A stretch of 62,466 bases of DNA, the filler included, from Sluysia triapertura (taxonomy: Eukaryota): the NCBI GenBank assembly GCA_046118255.1. It is 5 parts of 5 records of this genome, joined end to end, with 100 filler letters (N's around TTAATTAATTAA, not from the genome) between each part and the next. Parts side by side here need not be neighbours in the genome. Positions count along the whole stretch, not along the records: positions 49,755 to 62,466 come from JBJNIA010087798.1; 4 more parts are not named here. One strand, written 5' to 3'. Every line of letters begins with the position of its first letter. Positions within the stretch are counted from its first letter, which is position 1. Made by a program: the position numbers and the translations under genes. Under the pieces are notes generated by a model. That model ran no database searches, was not told the origin of the DNA, and was given only the letters and a program-made list of their open reading frames with translations. This document shows positions 51,636 through 62,466 of this stretch, in pieces.

Positions 51636-53481
51636 TTATGCAATATGTCACTTAAGGTATAACCTTGGCTAAATTTCCTCTTAATTGTGATTGAAACGTC
51701 CTAAATCGTCAAGAATGTTTGAATGTTTATTATAAATATTTTATATAAATCCTATTAAAAGGATTTTCAAAAAATCTTCTATTAATATTAAACAAAAAGG
51801 AATTAACTATTATAAAAATTTATTATAACAAAATGTAATAATTTTTACAACTCTTTAGGATATAAAATAATATATGATATAATATTACACTAAAGAATTA
51901 CTTAAAAATTCCTGATTTTTCTTTGTATTTTTTATAAATATTATTTTACAAAGGATCTATGAAAAGATCAAAATTAATAATTAATAAATTTGCGTTGATT
52001 TTACAAGATATTACAATAATAATATCATCTTTAACAAAAATAAACTAAAGTTAACAAAAGAAATTCAAAATTTTAATTTGGTCCACCAGAGTGTATCGAG
52101 CACAAAATCTTCTTATGTTGATTAATAAAATAGATTTAAAAATTTACTTAGACAATCAATTTATTGTGAGTATTGTAAAAATGTTCACTGTATATATATT
52201 CTCTAGTGGATCGTCCTTGAAATTTTAATAAAAATTGATAAAAAATTAACAATAAATCAATAAAAAAAATCAATAAAATTAATAAATTAATAATAAAATT
52301 TTTAAAGTTAATGTTAAGAATTAATAAATAATTTATACATTTGACCAATTAATGTTTATATTGTGTTTATGAAATGTGAATAATAAATAATAGATTGTGT
52401 GTTATTGACAATATGAAATGTGATTTGTGTGTTATTGACATATTTATTGATTATACTATTTGTTATAGTTAAAATTTTTAATGGATTTTATAGTATTCTT
52501 AAGATACCAAAAATTATCCAATAATTTTATGAATATTATTTTCTTATTAATTAAAAGACTTGCAACATTCAACGATTTACAAGATTTCAATGTCGATTTT
52601 CTTTTGAATTATAAATGAAAAATAGTGTAATTAATTGTAGTAGTATTCTTGAAAATAACCTTTCTATATTCTTGTAAAGGTGTTATTTTAATTGTCATTA
52701 AGGTTTTATATCGGATTAAGAGCACTCGTAAAAATATACTTGAAAAACTACACTTGTTATGCTTGTGTTGAAATTTATTTATGTGGGTCTTATAATTTTA
52801 TCACTCTATTTCTATAGAATACAAACAAAAATACCAGATTTTATTTAGCAACATCATAGTTATATCAATGATGTTATATTAGTAAATAATAATACTTGAA
52901 ATTGCATTAAAGTAATATAATAATATTTCTTTTCTTTTAATTTCATTAATTAAATGGTAATTCTTTTAATAATTTCTTTATTCTTAAATCCAGTAAACCA
53001 AATATTATTAAATAATGACATAATTACAATTATACTACTATTATTTAATATCGAATTTGTTGGTTAAGAAAAGCTGTGATTTTTCGGTATTATTTTATTC
53101 TAGAATAATCATGCTTTATATTTAAATTCTCTTCTACGGAACATCCTTTTACGTACAAATCGGCACATGAATAATTAAAATATTTAAAATTTGTACCTAG
53201 AATGTTAATCTGTGTCATTCAAAAATGTGTCCTTGAGATGTGGTAATATGCGATTACAATTTATATTATATTTTAATTTATGATTATATGAGATAGAAAA
53301 ATCGGTTAACAAAATTAATTTTCTTAGATTTACAACAATTAAAGAAAATTCAAAATTAATATTATAATTATAATTTATTATGATTCTTATTACTAAGGTA
53401 AACTCAAACTTATTAAATATTAGATAAACATAATAATAATAACTAAATTGATTTATTTTATTTAAATTTTCGTAAAAACAG

Positions 53482-54078
53482 TTATTTTGGATATAGTTTA
53501 GATATTTCTTGAGTATGACTGGACATAGCTATGATTGGAATTCTAAAAAAATGTAAATATACAAATTGATTTGTACCAGAGTAAATTAAATTAAATTTCA
53601 AACTTACTTTTAAGTTTTTCTGGCTTGCCGGATCAAATGATGTAACTGCCAAGCTTGATAATATAGCATTAATTCTGTCATGGCAAGTACTAAAGTTCGA
53701 TGTAGAACCCACATCACTAATTTCATAAACTTGATGAAAGTATTTGCAATTTCTACCATATCGGGAACATTCGCCAGTCTGTGTAGTTCCATAAACAAAA
53801 AGCATTCTTGTAGTATTTGTCTTCATTAGCAAAAGTTTGAACATTATTGTGGAAAGGTTTTCTGTTTTTATAGAAGGATTTTGAATAGATATTTCTTAAT
53901 TTTACTTTGGACATGTACTTCACTATTGGTGTTACTTTATTTGTCATGACGCGTGAATCGACATCTACTATTTTTGTACTAATTTGTAAAGAGCTGAACA
54001 TATATTAATAGAAATTTCTATAAGTTGAACATCTACTGGCATACTTGATCTGTGAACACTTTTATTTTCATTTTCCAT
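53482..54078 (-). pseudogene. CCCH zinc-finger gene (copy 3), frameshifted
   Basis: 'KYYKNAFCLWNY' plus a one-base shift plus 'QTGECSRYGRNCKYFH' gives C-x8-C-x6-C-x3-H. 'DRINAILSSL' follows. Retained GTAAG...TTTAG intron ~53607-53543. Confidence 0.75.
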
Positions 54079-54898
54079 TTTATAATACAAGGAACAAACA
54101 TACTTCAAGCTAAACTGTTTAGACTGAGATGTAAAAAAATCGTTCGATCAAAATTTTTGTACTGTGACTAATTTATCATAGATTTCTTTACTTTTAGTAG
54201 TCTTGTAATTAACTTTCGTCTTCAATTTTACCATCTTCTAATTGCTTAACATAAAACAAACAATTTTAACATCTTTTTTATCAAAGTGGAGTACCGTATG
54301 GCATGTAAGGATGAAAAAATGAATGTTCTTTTTATATCTAATACTGAAATGAAACGATCAAAACAATATTGTAACTCAGCCGATTTACTAATAATTTTAA
54401 CATTTTTATTAGACATCATAAAATAAACATTAATATCAGTGTCAATATTGTTTGATAAATACGATAAATTTTTTAATTACAAAATTTTTATAATTGCAGA
54501 ATGTAACATAAATATTGTAACTATTTTTAATTTTTTGTCTATGCTTACTGGACATCTAATCGAATAGATATAATTAAAATAATGTGATAGACCTGATTGG
54601 ATGTCCAGTACATTTAGAGCTATGTAAAATTGATTAGGTTTGCCAGCATGAATGATCTCATTAAGTGTTTGTCATCGCTAGACATGATATGAAAACTAAG
54701 TTTAATTAAATTGTCTATCGATGACAGAAGAATAACACAAAATTAGTTGCTGAGTTAATAAAATAGTGACAATGAAATGGTGATAATGATAATAATAATA
54801 GTAAAATGATAAAAATAATAAAAGTGATAATGATAATAATAACAATAATAATAGTAGAAAATGGTTGCAATAATAATAATAATTGCATAAAGTAAAAT

Positions 54899-54899
<1 letters not shown>

Positions 54900-54961
<62 letters not shown>
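54900..54961. repeat. (AAT)n microsatellite
   Basis: Direct reading; it generates the spurious poly-Leu ORF. Confidence 0.9.
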
Positions 54962-54962
<1 letters not shown>

Positions 54963-57900
54963 TAAAAACGTTAAAATACATGAATCTTTCTCAATGTACA
55001 AGATCTTTCTACTATTTTATTTTTTCTATTTCTTAACATAATTGAAATTCTTTAACTTAATGTCTTTAAATTGTTTTCTTTTAGTTCTTTCTTGATTGGA
55101 ATGTTTACAATGGTTTGAGAGTGATTTGAACTGTGAATTTAATGTTTTTCAAAGATGCTAAAGAATAAGTGTTGAAGGTTGTGACATTGAAATGTAGCTT
55201 GCTTTTGAGATATGTATTTGATAGTTTAAGATGTAAATTGTAATTCTGATGTTATGAAGTTGTGGATAAAATTGTTTTTTTAAATTAATTTTAATGTACG
55301 TTGATGATTTTGAATATATATAAGTGTGGTTTTTATGTTGTAAAGCTGTAACTTTAAAAAAGTTTTGAGGTATAAAAATGATTTTAGTGGATCTGAAAGT
55401 ACTAAAATATAAAAGGTTTTGATGAAAAATAGTTAAAATGTTATGGAAAAACGCGTTATGTTGAATTAAATTTAAAAAGTTTTAAATTGATTTTTAAGTG
55501 TATATCTAATGATTTTCGATGTCGAGTATGAACTTGATGCTATGAAATTTTATGGCTAAAGTGTTTGAAAGCATTAAGAATTGTGAAGTGTTCTGAAGAG
55601 TGATTTTTGTTGTATGGTATTAAAATAAAATTTTAAAATATTGGGTTGGCCACCACATTAGATACTCCAGTAAAGTGCATGGGTTTCAAAGATGTTTTGT
55701 TATGGAAAAACGATTACTTTCACTGAATATCTCAACAAATATCTGTCATGTCATTTTGGCCTTCAATAACAAGCTTTTATCAATTCGGTCATCTTTGTGA
55801 TATATGATTTAGATTTGATAATATTTAATCTGTAGTCACAATTCTTCAAAAATACATACTTATTTTTTTCATTTCGAAATACCTAATTTCCACATTAGAG
55901 TTAATATGATGCTTCCTCCATGCTAATCCATATCCATTAATGTAATTTCTAACTTATTTCCTAATTTCCAAGATAGTGGAAGTAATTTATTTTACCTATC
56001 TCCAACTTTAATTTGTGAAAATTTAATTTGCGTCTTTGAAAAGTGTGTAACGAAAGATGTTTAGTTGATGCTTGATGATTTTCCTTTTTCTGGTCATGAT
56101 CCAATACTTGTCTTTATTTCATTTTTAAGAAACTTTATTGATTTTGATCATTGTCATATAATTTTTGAAACCCTTCTGGTGCTAAAATAAGTGGAAATTC
56201 ATACAAAATGGTAAAATACTAAATATAAAATACTGTAATACTTAATTGTAGCTGTTCTTTGCATCGAGTATCTAATTTCGTTGTAATTGTCTCAATTTAT
56301 AAATTTTATTAAAAAATCCACTATATAATTTTAGGTTAGCAAGGTTTAAAGAAGCACCTTATGTAATTTTTATTTTTTCATTCTTCCATGATGAGCAATT
56401 AGTAATTACCACTGAATTAAATTCAATTCCTCTGATTATGTTTTTTTGAAGTTGTCATTTGAAGACTAGGTATCAACATATTTTCCTTTTTTCTTTCGGA
56501 GCTATTCCAAGAACACTGATTCTTCTAAGAATTGTTAGAATCATCTATGCCTGTAAATTCAATAGTGTTTTTGATTTGCAATAATCTATTGTTGACTTCA
56601 TAAAACCTGCAAGATACTCATCATATTGATAAAACACAATTCATATTGATAATTCACCAAATCACATTTAGTCTGCTTAATAAATACTATAGTTTAACTA
56701 ATCGCTCTGTATCTGAAATATAATTTTGATTTCTGTTTGATTGCGTAGAGAAGAACGTCCGAGATTTTTATGTCAGAGCAGATAACTTTGAACTTGTACT
56801 GTAACTATTAATTTTAGAATTATTAGATTAAAATTCCAAATTAGTTGTGGATTGTGAAAATGAAGCTGCATTTTTCATTTCCGAGTTTTCTATTAATAAA
56901 TTAGACAGATTCATTTGATAAGGAACCTGTGCTAAAAGTTTCAATATGTGTACTGTGCCTTTCAAGATTTTCCACGTCTATAAGTAAACAATAAGTTTAC
57001 TAATTAAGAATATCATTAAATATTACGAAGCATTTTAATAAGTCCAACAAGAGAGTATAGGATTGTATTAAAATGTTTACATTATTTAAAGATTGACGTT
57101 ACATCGTTATGATTTTAGAGTCTAGACATAATTTACATTAATCGAAAAGAAAGAAACAAGATGTTTTTATACATAATAGGAATATGTAGTTTTTATTGTA
57201 GTTGTGTCCATGTTGATATAAGTACTGCTATAGCTGTAAACGCTGTGAAATTTTGAGTTATGTTCTGTTAATAGTGATTTGTTGATTTTCTTAATACTTG
57301 TATTATGTTAGTTGAAATTTGTTTACGCATTAGTTGTATTGATGATGATAATAATACTGACGGCAACTGTAAGTTATAGTACTTTAAATAAGTTAAAATC
57401 TAATGTTATTAATTGAAAGGCGATAGTTTAAAATTTTTATAAATTTATTGTTTTAAAAGTTAGAGTTTAGTAATGAAGATATAGAAATTAATGTAAGGTT
57501 TTGTGATGATATATGTGGAGTTTGCTTCAATGTGTTCATATGAAATTTTGTATTTATATGTGAATTGGTGGAGTAATATAATCGCAAGTGAAAGATTGAA
57601 CCACCACAGGGTTATTTTCCATCATCATAATAACAGTGAATGTTAACAAGGCATAATTTATTCTAAAGAACAAAGTATTACACAGAACAAATCCAAGAAA
57701 AATACACAAATTTAATAAATGAATATTTTAAAATCAAAATAAAAATATACGCATAATGTTAAAAACGTATTCAAATTGTCAAATATTGTAAAATAAAATG
57801 CAATTTAATAGCAAATAACAAATTTGATTTATTATTATTATTATTACTACCACTACTACTATTACTAATTCAAAGTATATCTAAGAGTATTTTAATTATT

Positions 57901-58785
57901 TTAAGTACCTGAAGTACTTCAATTCTAAAAGACCTTTTGAGGTCAGCTAAGAAAAAATGTTACAAAAAGAGCGTTGGAGCGGATGAAACTACATAATGTT
58001 GCAAACGAAAATTTATAAATTATCGACCTATGAGCTATTCAGATTATTTACATTTTCGGTGGACTTACAATACCAGAAACAAGGACTATTTTAGTTGTAG
58101 GGAAAATTCCGAATAAAATTACAAAATCATATTTTAATTTATCTTAGTTTATTTGCACAATTTAAGATGTGTAATATAAACTAAAAATTCTCTCATCATT
58201 TTACAGCTATTTTAATTTTGTGATAAACTCGTTATAAAATATTTTTAGTGTATTCTGTTATAAATCAATAGTGAAAAAATAATATTCATGTTTTATTATA
58301 TTTGTGAGTAACTTTTTGATTTTGTTTATTTTTATCTAGTTTATACTAATTGGACTGATCCGTCACGAAATTTCTGATATTGTGTATTTCTAACTTTAAT
58401 TACATCTATGTGAAGCTGAGTTGAAATGAGTTATTTGAGAGATATCTACAATGCTACAATTTAATTATAACAATTTATTTGTCTTAAGATAACGAAACCC
58501 ATGTAAAATTAAAAAATGAAAAATGACAGTGTTTATATAAGTAAATAAATGTCATGGAAAATCGAACTCAATAATGATTACAGATGCACGCATGAAGTTT
58601 CATTGTAAAAAATAAGTGTTTTGTACATTGACAATTGAATTTTATTTTGAATTGTGACCTATTCATATAGCCACTTTTTCTTATTCTTAAATAATTAATA
58701 AATATCCACTACTGCATTATTAACCTGCTTAGTAATAATTTAAATGAATTATTACCAAATATTACCTTATTATATTTTTATTCAG

Positions 58786-59016
58786 AGATTTAATGATAGC
58801 TTTGATATTTTGACTCAATATCATAGAGAATATGTTGTACCGGATAAAGAACTTAGAAAAAATTTAATTCAGGAATTAAAAAGATTATTCGTTCCAAAAT
58901 ACAGTGATTTTCGAGACAAATTCCATAATATTCCTTTCACCACTAAGCGTGAAAAATACATACGTTATACTGTTGATGTAATTCAGAACAGAATTGATAA
59001 TTTTTTTAGTCAGTGA
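58786..59016 (+). CDS. EXOC7: Exocyst subunit Exo70, last exon
   Basis: 'RFNDSFDILTQYHREYVVPDKELRKNL...VPKYSDFRDKFHNIPFTTKREKYIRYT....IDNFF' matches the Exo70 C-terminus. ttcag acceptor at 58781-58785. Confidence 0.9.
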   Translation, partial: RFNDSFDILTQYHREYVVPDKELRKNLIQELKRLFVPKYSDFRDKFHNIPFTTKREKYIRYTVDVIQNRIDNFFSQ

Positions 59017-59171
59017 TATAAATCTGTTATTTCTTTTTTCACATTATAATAATAAATTCTATAAAAAACATATTTATTTAAAAAAATACTAAATCATACT
59101 TATAAAATGTTATCAAAAATTACTAAGGGCATATTTTAGAAAACAAAATATTTTTCATAATCTTCTAATAT

Positions 59172-60069
59172 TTATAATAATGAATTGAAAGCATTTTTCC
59201 TAAGCCACTCATTTGTCATAGTGAGTAAACCCCATGCAACGATAGATCGAAAGCAATTTGCAGGAGCACCACGATAAATGTGTCTAATAGATCTTCCTCT
59301 TTCATTGTAGATTAATTTAATAGTTTGAAAAGAACTTTGATAAGTTCCGCCAACTACTTTTTGCTGATGAGTTTTAATAACATTGAATGGATATATTAAA
59401 AAACCAACTGAAGCACCTAAAAACCCTCCGACTAAAAAATTATATAAATGACAAGGTATGTGATGTTTCCCAACACGTACAGAATTATCGTTCAAATAAA
59501 TGAAACGTCTACAAACTGTGAAATATAATGTATTGGCAGTAGAATTTCGAAGAAGAACATTATTAAAACCTCTGTAAAGTTCTTTTATCCCACAATGTTT
59601 ATAAATCATATAAAATGCATGATATGTATTCCTGTACTTTTTATAGAAGTCTTTGTGTTGTAGTAGAGTCTAAACAAAATAAATAATAAAAACAATATCA
59701 AACTTGTATTCTTTCTAAAGGCATCAAGATAGCTTCCAACAAACCTGCAAAAGAACTTGATAAAACCACCTTCATTTCTACAGACTGAAACCTGTAATTT
59801 TCTACGTACATCAAGCTATTCCAGTATCCTCCAAACATTACAGACTTTGCAAGAACTTGCTGCACCAATGGGGGTAAAGAACCTCTATATATATTTCGTG
59901 GTCCATCTTTAATTAAGTAAACGACTGATTGAGTCCATGTTATATTATGCAACTGTTGAAAAAATACAGTTTTGTAAAAAGGAAACAAAATACAAATATT
60001 TATCATAGCGGCTGTTCCACCACATAAAAAATCTTTATATGCTGGATTATGTTGTTCTTTTGAATCCAT
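59172..60069 (-). CDS. SLC25A51: Mitochondrial carrier, SLC25A51/MCART1-like (NAD+ transporter); exons 60069-59704 and 59669-59172
   Basis: 'FPFYKTVFFQQLH', 'IYRGSLPPL', 'PLERIQ|TLLQ', 'LLRN', 'YPFNVIKT' and 'RSIVAWG' match SLC25A51. A 34-nt GT-AG intron restores one continuous frame. Confidence 0.9.
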
Positions 60070-61178
60070 TTAAAATAGATAGAAAAATCTATCTATAATA
60101 AATTTAATAATTTGATCTTATGTATGATTTAAAAAATAATTTTAAAAGTGCATTAAAAATAAGACTAAAATTCAAGCAAAATGTAATTTCATACTTATTA
60201 ATAAATACATTTAATACCATGTAAAAGAAAATTTTAGATTATCAAAGAATATTTAAACAAATAATAGTGGGAAAATTGATTTTGACATTTTATTACATAA
60301 ATATATACAATATTTGAAATATTTAGTGTATTTAATTTTTTTATATATTAATAGTGATTATGGCATTGTACTGTTAATGTTAAATGCTCCATATAAAAAT
60401 TACATTTACTAATATTAAATAAATTGCTAAAACTATTAAAGAATATTAAAACTTAAGGTAATCGATTTGCAAACGTTTATTTTGGTATCACGAGTTTTCT
60501 TTTTTTTCATTAATAATAAGGAACTAGAAGCTTAATCTCTGTGTCATGAAATTAAACTGAAAAAATATTCGGGAATTTTTATATTGATTTATTTGTCTTG
60601 TATCAGAATAACATCAAAATAATCGCCATTGCTGAAAAGTATATAATCCAATGTATGCTTTATTTTCTGAAGTTTTTTTTAATCCAAAAGAAAGAAAATT
60701 GAACACATTTTTAATGAAACAATTTTTTGGTAAGTTATTCAAAACTTTTAATCTCGCTGTAAAGCGAAATCATCAGTATTGTAATTTATATAGTTTTAAA
60801 TTAACAAATCAATCTTTTTATTGTTAAAAAACATTGTAATTCAATAGTAAATTCAGCTTGGCACAGATCCTGTTTAAAGGGCATCTTATATACAATATTA
60901 TATAATATAATCTCGAAATAAAAGCGGAAGACTAATCCATTAGGGGATGCCATAAAATAATTTGAACAACTTTGGTGCAGAGTTTAATAAACTACATTAC
61001 TTTCAATTAATTAGTTTGAGCAAGTTTTATTTATAATTACACTTAAATATTACAATATAGATTTCAATAATGAAGGACATCATTGTTAAGTTTTCTGGTT
61101 AATATAAATACTTAAATCCTATGGACTAGTCCTTATTTGCGAAAGACTAGGTTCGTAAGGAGACTCATCTTTTTAACT

Positions 61179-61180
<2 letters not shown>

Positions 61181-61253
<73 letters not shown>
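61181..61253. repeat. (AAT)n microsatellite
   Basis: Direct reading. Confidence 0.9.
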
Positions 61254-61256
<3 letters not shown>

Positions 61257-62109
61257 TAGTACTGTAAAGTACTACTGGAGTATCAATTAACGAATTGTAT
61301 ATAAATAAAAATCTTAATAACAAAAACACACAAAAAATATTGTTATATGTTTAATTCAAATTCATAGAAATTTTAAGTCAGAAGAAAATAATTCGAAAAG
61401 AAATAAGATCCATGCACTGGGTAACATTTTAATTTTTATTTATTATTGATTTAATTTATATGAATTTCTTTTTATAGTCTAAACGATTTTATTAATAATC
61501 ACATTTATTTTATGGCGTTTATAATATTTTTATTGAATTTATTTTTTCGTGCATCTATATTGTTTTAGTTTAAATATTTTTAATATATTTCCTAAATGAT
61601 ATTTTGGGCAACAAGAATTAAATTTTATTGAAGAGATTCCCTTTTCACTCTTGTTTTGATTGAATTTTGTTGCGTCACCCTTGGTTTGTTATAATATCCA
61701 TATAAATTATTATTTGTGCAGTTTTCTTTTAACTGAAAAATATTTTATTTATGTTGTATTGAATGTAATTGAGTACGAAACTTTTAATCTTACCAAATTT
61801 TAAATTTATAATTAGATTTGATTATTGTTTAAATACTTGATTTTGTGATTATTAAATTCATCGAGATTTTAGATTAAATTAACTTGGTTATTGGGTTTTT
61901 GTTATTAATCTAAATTAAAATAAGCCACTCCACCAGAAATAATGATTCTATTACCCAAATATTTTAAAGGTATCATATACTCTCTACAGGTTACTCAAAG
62001 GTCTCAAAGATTCTTAAAGGTTTATGAGGTTTCATATGTTGTGTTGTGGTAAAAGGCCTAAAATGCCATGATCGTAATATTGACTATACTAAAATAAAAT
62101 TGTTAGACG

Positions 62110-62147
62110 GGGCTGATAGGTCCCAGGTTCGATCTCGGGTCAGTCCA
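62110..62147 (+). pseudogene. Internally deleted tRNA (Phe-like) retaining acceptor stem and T-arm
   Basis: GGGCTGA-TAG-GTC-CCAGG-TTCGATC-TCGGG-TCAGTCC-A then TTTT. The 7-bp acceptor stem, B-box and terminator are present; D and anticodon arms are missing. The 3' part resembles tRNA-Phe GGTCCCTGGTTCGATCCCGGGT. Confidence 0.6.
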
Positions 62148-62347
62148 TTTTACTAACAGGTATCAAGGTTTACAAGTTTAAAGGTACTTTAAGGATACGA
62201 AAAGTTTTCTAATTTTATCTCACGCTTTTTTAATGGTCTCAATGCCTTATGAGGATCTTCAATTGTCAAAGTGACTATTGATGTTTTAATCTTCTGTTTG
62301 GAATATTAAAGGATAAGGAGAAAGATAATGGTTATGGGTCATGATAT

Positions 62348-62466
62348 TGTTGGGATTGTCCAACTTTGGATTAGGAGACGATTAGAAGTCATATAGAATT
62401 ATAAATGAAGGAAGAATTGATGAGAAGTAGCAGATGAAGTATTATAAACATTGTTGAAATAAGAAT
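62348..62466 (+). repeat. Repeat family A head
   Basis: Near-identical to 10532-10640. Confidence 0.8.

Noticed and set aside
54715-54981. Poly-Leu ORF
   Set aside because: Translation of an (AAT)n microsatellite.
24976-60780. CTGATGA hammerhead-core words (near 24977, 36049 and 60770 on the minus strand)
   Set aside because: No correctly placed stem II, GAAA and flanking stems.

Overview
Very AT-rich eukaryotic, probably metazoan, DNA with tiny spliceosomal introns (32-35 nt in MSH5 and SLC25A51). This fits a compact-genome animal such as a reduced parasite, but the taxon is an inference. The window is five contigs joined by artificial N-TTAATTAATTAA-N spacers, so nothing can be linked across them. 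Recognisable host genes are CEP19 (intact), an SLC25A51-like mitochondrial carrier (intact, two exons), the last exon of EXOC7/Exo70, the 5' part of MSH5 (one frameshift), a lone ankyrin exon and a decayed VPS39 N-terminus. Most of the rest is nested mobile DNA mixed with decayed gene fragments. Mobile DNA: a Ty3/gypsy-type LTR element (Lys-tRNA PBS, Gag, CCHC knuckle, long extension with a ubiquitin-like segment, no pol), a second LTR-like family with a covarying hairpin that buries a GTAAGT splice donor (5 copies, one followed by a Met-tRNA PBS), a ~2 kb non-coding repeat, a hAT relic, a hAT MITE with 8-bp TSD and a second transposase relic. Decayed genes: three or four atypical CCCH zinc-finger paralogues, RING, kinase, two-domain small HSP, Ig/mucin-like surface proteins and two tRNA fragments. 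The most notable patterns are intron-retaining CCCH and other gene fragments lying directly behind TG-initiated repeat heads, the conserved splice-donor hairpin, and the Gag-UBL fusion. All translations and alignments were made by eye.
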